Shown here: one piece after another, positions 21,342-30,140 of the stretch
Numbering within the stretch: the first letter of the stretch is position 1
Layout: every line of letters starts with the position of its first letter
Assembly: GCA_903906305.1 (NCBI GenBank)
Contig: CAIVJR010000003.1
Location: 58,875 to 122,874 of the forward strand
Direction: 5' to 3'
Length of the DNA stretch: 64,000 nt
Source of the DNA: an uncultured bacterium
Lineage (GTDB): Bacteria > Patescibacteriota > Dojkabacteria > SC72
Made by a program: the position numbers and the translations under genes
The notes under the pieces: model-generated
Told to the model about the DNA's origin: nothing
Database searches by the model: none
Seen by the model: only the letters and a program-made list of their open reading frames with translations

Positions 21342-22133
21342 ATGGGAAATATAATCAATCCTTTAACTATGCAGATTTGGCAAAAGCTCATTAAATTACA
21401 GTTTAAAAATGGTGATATTAGTGATTTAAAAGAATTAGAAGGCGGCATTAATATTGATGAATTAAATCAGATTTTGAAAGATTTGGCAGATCAAAAACTT
21501 ATATATCTTTTGCACGAAGCTCAATTCACAAATTCAAAATATCGCGTTTCAGATTTGAAATCGCTTCAAAAGGATTATTCTATCAAGGGTCTCACAGTAC
21601 CTGAGAAAATTTTCAAAGGAGAGCAATTGCTTAATTACTTACAAGCTGCTAAATCTGCCTTGGGTGATTTGATTGCCAACACAGCTGCTCTTAAAGGGCC
21701 AAACCCTCCAGGAATTAATGTTGAATTAGCAAAAGAATACTCTCGTATAAATGGTATGCTAACAAATATACAGCAAGAGTTAATACCTGATACTTTGGAA
21801 GTTAAAACATATGATGATAAGGATAGTGACAGAACAAAGCTTCATTTTGAAATATCGAAAAAAAATGGGAATAAAATTACATTTTTAATTCAACTTAGCG
21901 GAACTTGGCTTGCCGTTAATCGTGAGATCGATATTGAAAAAATCAAAGATCATTTTAAAAATATTATTCAACAATACATTGCTTCATACTTCTTCAAATT
22001 ACCATATCATTGGTACACTTTGAGATGTATCTGTGCGAAATCTCCACATACCGAAGACGGAATAGTCGTTGGATCTTTTGAAGAGTTGGGACAACTTTCC
22101 ATTGAGGATCTCTTGTATAAAAGAGAGGTCTAA
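21342..22133 (+). CDS. Hypothetical protein
   Basis: 263-aa ORF with an upstream TATAAT; no recognisable motif. Confidence 0.6.
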   Translation: MGNIINPLTMQIWQKLIKLQFKNGDISDLKELEGGINIDELNQILKDLADQKLIYLLHEAQFTNSKYRVSDLKSLQKDYSIKGLTVPEKIFKGEQLLNYLQAAKSALGDLIANTAALKGPNPPGINVELAKEYSRINGMLTNIQQELIPDTLEVKTYDDKDSDRTKLHFEISKKNGNKITFLIQLSGTWLAVNREIDIEKIKDHFKNIIQQYIASYFFKLPYHWYTLRCICAKSPHTEDGIVVGSFEELGQLSIEDLLYKREV

Positions 22134-22149
22134 TACTTTGTCGGCAATT

Positions 22150-22815
22150 ATGAATAAGGAAAACAAAATTAAATCTATCTTTGATGAAATCTACAACCTT
22201 AATATCTGTGGCAAAGATCCATTAAAAGTACATAGAGATATATCAAAAATGAATATTAATTCTAAAGTCATGGTCATAGCTGAAGCCATGGCTCCTGAAC
22301 AAGTAAGACTCTCTGGAGTAAACTATTTCTTTAAGGATGGAACTATTGGTAATACAGGAAAATCATTAGAGAAATTTTTAAACAAATTTGAATATACAGT
22401 ATATCCAGATAGACCTAATTGTGTTTACCATACAGAGATAGTACACGGATTCCCTGGATATGAGATAAAGAATGGAAAAAAATATATTAGAAGACCTACT
22501 AGGAAGGAAATACAATTTTCAATAGAGAGTGGAATATTACAAAAGGAGATAGAGATTGTACAACCTAAGTTAATATTACTAATGGGTAATACTGCATATC
22601 AATCTTTCTATACATATTTATTAGGTATTAAACCAAAGAATAACTTAACGAAAGAGATAGGGGAGATTAGTAATACAAAGGTATTTAAAAGGTATATGAA
22701 TATTCCATTAATACCCATACAACATAGTTCTGGAGCTAATCCTAGGTTTAGGGAGATGATTGAGAATAAAAAACTGATTGCCTTAATCCATTTATTAGTC
22801 GAAAAACATATTTAA
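22150..22815 (+). CDS. Uracil-DNA glycosylase superfamily protein (family 4/5-like)
   Basis: MVIAEAM (motif A-like), GNTGKSL, RRPTRKEI, EIEIVQPKLILLMGNTA and HSS (motif B-like). ATG 22150 preferred over TTG 22069. Confidence 0.75.
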   Translation: MNKENKIKSIFDEIYNLNICGKDPLKVHRDISKMNINSKVMVIAEAMAPEQVRLSGVNYFFKDGTIGNTGKSLEKFLNKFEYTVYPDRPNCVYHTEIVHGFPGYEIKNGKKYIRRPTRKEIQFSIESGILQKEIEIVQPKLILLMGNTAYQSFYTYLLGIKPKNNLTKEIGEISNTKVFKRYMNIPLIPIQHSSGANPRFREMIENKKLIALIHLLVEKHI

Positions 22816-22833
22816 TTGTATAATCAAACACTT

Positions 22834-23592
22834 ATGCCATTGTTCAACTATAAAGAAAGTAAAATTGCATATTCACTTGTGGGAGAGGGAAATCCTTTAG
22901 TTCTTGTTCATGGTTTTAGTATAGATTCAAGAATGTGGAAACCACAAATTGAATTCTTCAAGAATAAATATCAAGTTATCACGTATGATATGCGTGGCTT
23001 TGGTTCTTCTTCTTTACCGATATCAAGATACAGCCACCATGATGATTTAAAGGCGTTTTTAGATTATCTAAATATAAAGAAGGTTAATATTGTAGGACTT
23101 TCACTAGGAGGAGAAATATCTCTGGACTTTACTCTCATGTATCCAGAATATGTAAACAAACTAATCCTACTTGACTCTTCACTATCTGGCTACTCTAGCA
23201 CTGTAGATTGGAACGTATATGCAAAAGAGCAAGGATTAGAGAAAGCAAAAGAAAATTGGTTAAATCATAATGTGTTCAAATCTGCGAGGAATAAACCTCT
23301 TGCATTACAACTACTTACAGAGATGGTTCATGATTATTCTGGGTGGCATTGGCTCAACTTCGATCCAAGAGAAAAACCAAAAGCAATTGAAAAACTTTCT
23401 GAAATAAAGTGTCCCGTTGAGATAATACTTGGGCAAAATGATTTAGATTATTATCATGATATAGCTAAAATCTTAAATGAAAGTATTAAAAACTCCAATT
23501 TAGATATTATTGATGATTCTGGTCACATGGTAAACCTAGAACAATCAGAAAAAACGAATCATATTATTGATGATTTCTTGCAAAATCTTTAG
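22834..23592 (+). CDS. Alpha/beta fold hydrolase
   Basis: LVLVHGF, YDMRGFGSS, GLSLGG nucleophile elbow and GHMVNLE. Confidence 0.92.
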   Translation: MPLFNYKESKIAYSLVGEGNPLVLVHGFSIDSRMWKPQIEFFKNKYQVITYDMRGFGSSSLPISRYSHHDDLKAFLDYLNIKKVNIVGLSLGGEISLDFTLMYPEYVNKLILLDSSLSGYSSTVDWNVYAKEQGLEKAKENWLNHNVFKSARNKPLALQLLTEMVHDYSGWHWLNFDPREKPKAIEKLSEIKCPVEIILGQNDLDYYHDIAKILNESIKNSNLDIIDDSGHMVNLEQSEKTNHIIDDFLQNL

Positions 23593-23603
23593 TATTACAC
23601 ACT

Positions 23604-23685
23604 TTATTGACTTGCTGAGGTCAACAAGTCAATAATATCATTACTAGCAATAGGTTTTGATCACTTTGCTGACATCAGCAAGGTG
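23604..23685. repeat. Two related palindromes with core TTGCTGA-NN-TCA(G/A)CAA, centres 54 bp apart
   Basis: ttattgacttgctga-gg-tcaacaagtcaataa (23604-23635) and cactttgctga-ca-tcagcaaggtg (23662-23685). Confidence 0.8.
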
Positions 23686-23914
23686 TTATTTCCTTGTAAC
23701 CACGCCAATAACTCAGCAAAAACGGGTGTAAAATAAAAAAAATTGCAAAAAAGTGAGAACCTTTTAGATAGAGAATGCTAAGCGTATGCACCCCATAGTA
23801 TTAACAACCTCTTAGATAATTGATATAATACCTATGTTAATAAAAATCTATTCTATATTGTATTTTCATACATAAAGAGTAGAGCTCTTTAATAATACTG
23901 ATTAATATCAGTTA

Positions 23915-24514
23915 TACCAGCGATAAAGTAATGGAATATTTACATAGTACATTTAGTTAATTATATATATAGTTGATTGAATGTACTATGTAATATCAAT
24001 CCAAATCATAAACAAAAGAACGAGGGAAAAAGGAGACCCAATGAATAACAAAGATATTGTCGAGATGATCATGAACCAAAGCCCATTCATTCGCATCCGT
24101 GCAAATGGAAACAGAAAGAGTATCCAATATGCAGAAATACTTGAAAAGGAATTTCAAACGGTTGATCTTTGTATTTCAAAAAGCTTTCAAATGCCATGGG
24201 CAAACTACGAAGATTTTGTTTTCCACCTTTTGGAAGAAAAAATTGTTTGGCCAAAGAATTTTCATATTGATATCTCCAGCTTGGAAACAGAAACTCGGCT
24301 TGGGCTTATCACAGACCCTAAACCGGACGCGGACGTGACTGAGGCCATTGCATTCATTGAGAAATTAATTGAATTTGGGAATTTCTCATGTAAAACAAGA
24401 CGAATTAAGGTGCCCGATGGTGGTATCGTATTAGTCTTCAAAAGATAATAACTCAGAGATCTCCAGCCCAAACCATATCCATATATGGACATCACAAAAT
24501 CTTTATCGCTGGTA
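23915..24514. mobile_element. Putative 600-bp non-autonomous element bounded by a perfect 14-bp inverted repeat, carrying one orphan gene
   Basis: TACCAGCGATAAAG (23915-23928) and CTTTATCGCTGGTA (24501-24514). This can also be read as a 12-bp TIR plus a TA duplication. No transposase inside. Confidence 0.45.
24041..24448 (+). CDS. Hypothetical protein (135 aa)
   Basis: ATG at 24041 preceded by AGGAG (24031-24035); no recognisable motif. Confidence 0.65.
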   Translation: MNNKDIVEMIMNQSPFIRIRANGNRKSIQYAEILEKEFQTVDLCISKSFQMPWANYEDFVFHLLEEKIVWPKNFHIDISSLETETRLGLITDPKPDADVTEAIAFIEKLIEFGNFSCKTRRIKVPDGGIVLVFKR

Positions 24515-24517
24515 ATC

Positions 24518-24553
24518 TCTCAAATTGATACAAACAATTGTAATAATTTGAGA
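24518..24553. terminator. AT-rich hairpin between convergent genes
   Basis: tctcaaatt..tacaa / ttgta..aatttgaga imperfect stem. Confidence 0.4.
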
Positions 24554-24557
24554 TATG

Positions 24558-27086
24558 TTATCTCCCCAATATCAACTTCGTCTCTTCCTCAGATACAACC
24601 TTTCTAGCCTCTGCAATATCCTCAGCACAAACAGAAACACCATATACCCCTGCTTGTACACAATGCCTTAATAATGGCTTACAATCCTCTACAATACATA
24701 TAATCTTGTTATCATGATCCTTAGCCATATCTAAAACATTATCAACTATCCTAAATACGCTATTCCTACTCAAATCATACTTAGCATTCTCATCATTAAT
24801 CTTAAACCCTTGCATCTGTTTAGCAATACGAGGGATATTAAGGATAAGGCCATCAATCTTAGTATTAAGAATATCATCAGCAAGAATAATCTCAGAAGGA
24901 TTATCCAATATTGCATAAACCTTGAAAGAAGAAGTTCTTCTTAAGCCTTCACCAGAAAGTTGTTTCTTAAACTCCTTCATCATATCCTCATTCATAGGGG
25001 AGTGAAGCGCAATCGAAACATTCCTCTTCTTGTAAATATTCCTTATTCTCTTAACAATCTTAATAGTTCTCTTAAGTAATTCTAGGTTATTTACATAGTG
25101 TGTAGCCCCATATATCTCACTTGAAAGTGTTTGATCTTCAAACTCTTTACCTCTGGTTAAACTCTTAAACTGACCAATAGTGGCCGAACCAATGGAGAGA
25201 ACTACCTCGTTACCTTCGGCTAGTTCAACATACTTTATGACTTTCTCAGAAATCTTAGCAGCATAGTCTAGGAACTTACGATCTTCAACATATGCTAAAA
25301 GATGACGACCCTCATCAAGCATGATTTCATCAAGATCAACATATACCAAACCATGAGCATTACCAACAAAATCAATTAATTTACTTGGCTCTACATTTGT
25401 CATACTAAATACTCTAGTAGCAGAGGGAGGTAGGGTAGTATCCTTAGCAACCTTAAGTGCGGGTTCTTCAACCTTAACTTCCTCTTCTTGAGTCTTCATA
25501 AAGTCGATACCATCACCATATGTATTAACCACAGGATGTACCTCTTCCTTAGCAACGTCTTTGTAAACACTACCTGTATTACCATCAATCTTAACCATAT
25601 CGCCATCCTTAAGAAGAGTAGAGGCATTTGTAGCACCAACAATAGCTGGAATCTTGAACTCTCTACAAAGAATAGCTGTATCACTTGTAATACCACCAAA
25701 GTCCATAATGACACCACCACAAGGAATAATCATGGATTCCATTTCTGTGGAATACTTCTTAATCAAAAGAATATCATTCTTGGTATACAATTTTCCATTT
25801 GGTTGATCAACTACAGCTATCTTACCAACAACCACACCAAAGCTAGCACCAATACCAGTTATAAGAAGGTCTTCCTTACTCAATTGTTGAGCATTCTGAA
25901 TCTCTTCTCGCTTGGTCTTAGCTGCATTTATGAGGTTCTCAATCTTCCCACCCAATCCAGTATTTTGTTTCATTACCATTCTTTGAGCATCACTCACAGC
26001 TTGAGTAGCAAACATCTCTTGAGTCTTGTATTTGTCTAAGAATGCTACTACTAAATCTCTTAATGATTTTCTTGGCATTTCCATTTCAGATACCTTAACA
26101 CGATATTGCATAACATCAGAGAGTAGGGACTTGTTTTGTAATACCCAAGCTCTACCACCAGAAATTACCCATTCAATGTTTTGTGGCATTCTAGATTTGT
26201 TTTCAATGATTAACGCAATCTTAGAAATCTCTTGGATATCCTTGTCGTTTAACTTTTGTTTGTGACTCCAACCCGCTGATATCTTAATCTTCTCCTCATT
26301 ACCTCTTCTTCCTCTTGAAGGATTCATTGTCCTAATCTTCATCCATTCTTGTGGAGCAATGTGCTTTTCAAGAATAGCAAGATCACGCTTGTTTAAAAGA
26401 TATGAATCAGGTGTAACTTCTCCAGTAGATATGACATCACCAAGACCGTATACGGCTTCAATACCTAATTTCGTATCATCTTGAGTAATTGGATCTACTG
26501 TAAATACCACACCTGATATCTCTGCTTGAACCATCTTCTGTACAACGACAGCAAGCTTAACTTCAGCAAGATCGATATCCATTTTGTTAGCATATGCCAC
26601 AACATCATCAGTGAAGAGGGAACCATATACCTTCTTTATTGCACTCTTTAAATCATCATATTTTCGAACATTGAGTTCTGTGCTAAATATTCCACTAAAA
26701 GATATATTGTCATTGGCTGGGAATACTACAGAGGATCGTACAGATACCCAAGCATCAGAAAAACCAGAAAGTCGGGTATATGCACTAAGAATATCTTCTT
26801 GTACTTCTTTAGAGAATTCTTCATCTAACAGAGCTTTTAATACTTCTTCATTTTCAGGATTCTTACCTTTCTCTAGTAGTTTTTCTTTTCTGTCATGTAA
26901 CGCTTTAGTACAAAATTCGGTATATACATTACTTGCAACTACAAAAAATTCAGGAACTGGGACATCCATTTCTTTAAGAGTGAAAAGACTGAGACCTTTT
27001 CGGCCTACCTTGTTTTCATTCAATTCTTTAGCTGAGAAATCTTCAAAAAAGAATATATTGTTCTTTCTTGGTATTGAATTTTCCAT
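24558..27086 (-). CDS. PEP synthase (PpsA/PPDK)-like protein, degenerate; phosphocarrier His replaced by Asp
   Basis: VSVRSS, AVVVQKMVQAEISGVVFT, IEAVYGLG, VTPDSY and PQNIEW; swivel domain GGITSDTAILCREFKIPAIVG; divergent C-terminal barrel. Confidence 0.85.
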   Translation of the reverse strand: MENSIPRKNNIFFFEDFSAKELNENKVGRKGLSLFTLKEMDVPVPEFFVVASNVYTEFCTKALHDRKEKLLEKGKNPENEEVLKALLDEEFSKEVQEDILSAYTRLSGFSDAWVSVRSSVVFPANDNISFSGIFSTELNVRKYDDLKSAIKKVYGSLFTDDVVAYANKMDIDLAEVKLAVVVQKMVQAEISGVVFTVDPITQDDTKLGIEAVYGLGDVISTGEVTPDSYLLNKRDLAILEKHIAPQEWMKIRTMNPSRGRRGNEEKIKISAGWSHKQKLNDKDIQEISKIALIIENKSRMPQNIEWVISGGRAWVLQNKSLLSDVMQYRVKVSEMEMPRKSLRDLVVAFLDKYKTQEMFATQAVSDAQRMVMKQNTGLGGKIENLINAAKTKREEIQNAQQLSKEDLLITGIGASFGVVVGKIAVVDQPNGKLYTKNDILLIKKYSTEMESMIIPCGGVIMDFGGITSDTAILCREFKIPAIVGATNASTLLKDGDMVKIDGNTGSVYKDVAKEEVHPVVNTYGDGIDFMKTQEEEVKVEEPALKVAKDTTLPPSATRVFSMTNVEPSKLIDFVGNAHGLVYVDLDEIMLDEGRHLLAYVEDRKFLDYAAKISEKVIKYVELAEGNEVVLSIGSATIGQFKSLTRGKEFEDQTLSSEIYGATHYVNNLELLKRTIKIVKRIRNIYKKRNVSIALHSPMNEDMMKEFKKQLSGEGLRRTSSFKVYAILDNPSEIILADDILNTKIDGLILNIPRIAKQMQGFKINDENAKYDLSRNSVFRIVDNVLDMAKDHDNKIICIVEDCKPLLRHCVQAGVYGVSVCAEDIAEARKVVSEEETKLILGR

Positions 27087-27118
27087 TTACTGGGCAGTTA
27101 AAAATAATGGTATATATA

Positions 27119-28282
27119 CTAAACAATACCTTTAGCTTTTAATTTTTGCAAGTCGATATAGAACTCATAGAATATTTGTAAGAGAACCATGAATGGGACA
27201 GCTATTAATGCACCAAATACTCCAAAGAGGATAAGGAAAATGAATACGCCCAACATGATAATCACGGGTTTTAGACCAATAGCATTGCCCATGATTTTTG
27301 GGATTATGAAGTTGTTTTCAATCTGTTGGTATACCAAGAATATTGCAAGTAATATCACTGCAGGCCAGAGACCTACTGTAATTAAAGCAATCAAAGCACA
27401 TATTGCAACTGCAATTGTAGCTCCAATACCTGGAACAGCATCAAGTAAAGCAACTAATAATGCTAATGGCAATGCAAATGGTACGTTAAATATTGTTAGT
27501 AAGATACCTGCGAATACTCCAGCAATTGTACTAATTGTAGCCTGACCAAGCATCCACTTACCAAGTTTACCCTCAACATCCAACACCAATTTCTTAATTC
27601 GATCTCGCTTTTCGTCTGAAACAATCCTTATGAGACCAAATTCCAATATTGAATCATGCTCTAATACCAAATATATTGAGAGGATCAAAGAGGAAACAAA
27701 CAAACCAGTAGTACTAAATACTCCTGAAACTGCATCGGTAACATTCTTAAGACTCTCTCCAGTGGTGATAGATTGTAATCCATTAGATACAAATTTTGTA
27801 ATTTCTTCAGAATCAACCTTTATATTTCCAAACTTTATACCATTGAAGTTTGCCACAACCTTTTCAACCCAATCTGGGAAGACTTTTACTAGTTCGGTTA
27901 GTTGGCTTACCAAAGGAATAATGACAACAGAAAGTACTGAGAGTGTAAGAATGATAGCTACAAAGTATGTAATCAATACTGCCCAACCTTTTGTGATCTT
28001 CTTAGACATCAACCAATTTACTACTGGTCTAGCGGCAGATGTAAAGACAAAACCTAAGAACAAGAATAGCGCTACACTTACAAGCTGGTTACCAAAGAAT
28101 ATAACGGCTAGGATTAAAAGTACTAATGCCAAAAGTCCCCATGAGAATTCAACAACAATTACAGGTTTAGGTTTCTCTGCTTTCTCACTGTATTTCACAG
28201 CCTCACGTAATTCATCAAGACTTCTTCTTTCCACTTCTTTTATCTCTTTACTTGTATCCTTAAATGAAAATATTTTTCCCAT
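27119..28282 (-). CDS. AI-2E (PerM/TqsA) family transporter
   Basis: Multiple TMs; WMLGQ, LDAVPGIGA, YQQIENNFIIPKIMG and GALIAVP. Confidence 0.92.
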   Translation of the reverse strand: MGKIFSFKDTSKEIKEVERRSLDELREAVKYSEKAEKPKPVIVVEFSWGLLALVLLILAVIFFGNQLVSVALFLFLGFVFTSAARPVVNWLMSKKITKGWAVLITYFVAIILTLSVLSVVIIPLVSQLTELVKVFPDWVEKVVANFNGIKFGNIKVDSEEITKFVSNGLQSITTGESLKNVTDAVSGVFSTTGLFVSSLILSIYLVLEHDSILEFGLIRIVSDEKRDRIKKLVLDVEGKLGKWMLGQATISTIAGVFAGILLTIFNVPFALPLALLVALLDAVPGIGATIAVAICALIALITVGLWPAVILLAIFLVYQQIENNFIIPKIMGNAIGLKPVIIMLGVFIFLILFGVFGALIAVPFMVLLQIFYEFYIDLQKLKAKGIV

Positions 28283-28323
28283 AATGATGTTGAATAATTT
28301 ACTTCACATATTATATCAGCTTT

Positions 28324-28353
28324 AAACAAAAGAGGGGAGACAAGCTCCCCTCC
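28324..28353 (-). terminator. Intrinsic terminator after the Ig-domain protein gene
   Basis: gaggggag-5 nt-ctcccctc stem followed by ttttgttt on the minus strand. Confidence 0.8.
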
Positions 28354-28375
28354 TTAAAAACCTATTTAATCTTGG

Positions 28376-29317
28376 TTATTCTCTTTTAGACTTTACATAC
28401 AACACTGAGGTTGTAGTAATACCAGAGAGCAATGCCAATATTCCAAAAACTATGACTAAGTTATTTCCTAAGAGGAAATCAGTCATCCTGCTAAATTCAC
28501 CTGCAGCGACTGGTAACGAACTGTCATTTACAGCGTCCCCATTAACACTACTGTCTGGAGAGTAGGTAACTTTAATTTCAGAATCCATAACGGATTCATT
28601 TCCTGCAATATCTTTAATTACTACATTGAAAACATTCAATCCTGAATCCAATGCAATACTTACAATTTTAAATTTCCCATCAGCATCACATGTGGCACTG
28701 TAATAGTCAGTTCCTCGTTTTACAATTACTTGCGCATCCTTTTCAACAATACCTGTAACAGTAAATGTTTGAGTTCCTACTTCTTTTGCATACGTAAGTT
28801 CTGTTAAAAGAGGGGCTGTTTTGTCTACAGTAATCTTTTCAACCAATGATTGAGCTGATATATATCGCTTTGGGAAGCCTTTAACTCCAGCTACGGTAAT
28901 ATCATATTCACCTTCCTTCTCTAGGGTTATATCTGCTTTAAAATCCCCATTTGTTCCAACCTTTGCATCTTTTACTTTCTCACCATTAACATATACATAT
29001 ACTGTGTCATATCCAGTTGCATTACCACTTACAGTGATTACACTTTCCTTTGTAACAGCTACCATCTCAGAAACTGAAGGTGATACTAATGATTCATTCA
29101 ATTCAGGGGTAGAACTGTATTTAACGAAAGAATATACTCCAAATGCAACCAACAATACTCCTAAGAATATGAATATTGCGCCAACTATTTGGGATACTTT
29201 TTCAGAATCTCTATGAGTTTTTACCTCAACTTTAGCTACCATGGATTCTTCTTTTTTAATTGTCTTCTTAACTTCTTTGGGTGCAGTATTTATAGATTTG
29301 GATTTGTTTTTTGCCAT
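28376..29317 (-). CDS. Ig-like domain surface protein with N-terminal TM and sortase-type C-terminal tail
   Basis: Two Ig-like beta repeats (VDKTAP linker, DIAGNES); C-terminal LPVAAG, hydrophobic helix and KSKRE; divergent from a sortase gene. Confidence 0.7.
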   Translation of the reverse strand: MAKNKSKSINTAPKEVKKTIKKEESMVAKVEVKTHRDSEKVSQIVGAIFIFLGVLLVAFGVYSFVKYSSTPELNESLVSPSVSEMVAVTKESVITVSGNATGYDTVYVYVNGEKVKDAKVGTNGDFKADITLEKEGEYDITVAGVKGFPKRYISAQSLVEKITVDKTAPLLTELTYAKEVGTQTFTVTGIVEKDAQVIVKRGTDYYSATCDADGKFKIVSIALDSGLNVFNVVIKDIAGNESVMDSEIKVTYSPDSSVNGDAVNDSSLPVAAGEFSRMTDFLLGNNLVIVFGILALLSGITTTSVLYVKSKRE

Positions 29318-29412
29318 CCTAAGCCTATATTAAAATTATATACTTCTATATTTAGGATATTACAAACTGATAATTAATGCAACTGTAGCCCAAAAATAGT
29401 AAAATACATATT

Positions 29413-30102
29413 ATGAAATTAAATAGGACTGCAAAAATAAGTATAACCGTATTCCTCATACTATTGGTGATTACACTTTTGGGGTTTCTTTTCATATATC
29501 CTTCCTACAACAAGATTTCATTAATGATTCAAGATCTCAACCCATATCGTACATCCAAGAATATATATATTGATTTTCTTTCTCGTATTTCCCCAACATT
29601 AGAGAAGTTCCAAATCAAGGTATTTGCAGCAGGATCAATCGAAGAATCTTTAGATGAAAGCCTTGTGCTAGATAGAAAAATTTTGGAAGAGGTTCATACC
29701 AATCTTAATATAGATACCGCGAATATTGCAGGAAGAATATCTGAAGGCACTACTTCCCGCGCCATGATGGAAGGGTTCTGGCATTTTCCAACCTCAGTAT
29801 ATCCTGGACAAAAGGGTAATGTCGTAGTTATTGGCCACCGTTTTCAATATCTTCCTCCAGCTAAAAACACATTCTTTAACTTAGATAAAACAAAGATAGG
29901 AGATAGCATAAAGATAAATCAGGATGAAGGGACATACACATATATTGTGACAGATATTCAGATTGTAGAACCTAACGATGTCTCCATTCTTCAAAAAACG
30001 GACGATTACAGATTAACCTTAATTACATGCACACCACTTTGGACTTCTGAACAAAGGCTTGTCATAACTGCAAAACTAGACAAATTATACAAAAAAGTGT
30101 AG
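29413..30102 (+). CDS. Sortase (class D/E-like)
   Basis: N-terminal TM; PGQKGNVVVIGHR (His), LTLITCTP (Cys) and QRLV (Arg). Confidence 0.92.
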   Translation: MKLNRTAKISITVFLILLVITLLGFLFIYPSYNKISLMIQDLNPYRTSKNIYIDFLSRISPTLEKFQIKVFAAGSIEESLDESLVLDRKILEEVHTNLNIDTANIAGRISEGTTSRAMMEGFWHFPTSVYPGQKGNVVVIGHRFQYLPPAKNTFFNLDKTKIGDSIKINQDEGTYTYIVTDIQIVEPNDVSILQKTDDYRLTLITCTPLWTSEQRLVITAKLDKLYKKV

Positions 30103-30140
30103 ACTTTTCGGACTAAATATTAAGTTAAAAATAATTAAAA

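Noticed and set aside
23604-23685. CRISPR array or integron attC sites
   Set aside because: Only two dissimilar units, no RYYYAAC/GTTRRRY ends, and no cas or intI genes.
23834-23875. 13-codon ORF after TGATATAAT
   Set aside because: Only 4 nt from the -10 box, very short and AT-rich; no supporting evidence.
27189-28325. Long antisense ORFs (118 and 231 aa) opposite the AI-2E gene, and similar antisense ORFs elsewhere
   Set aside because: They fully overlap well-supported genes and show no motifs.
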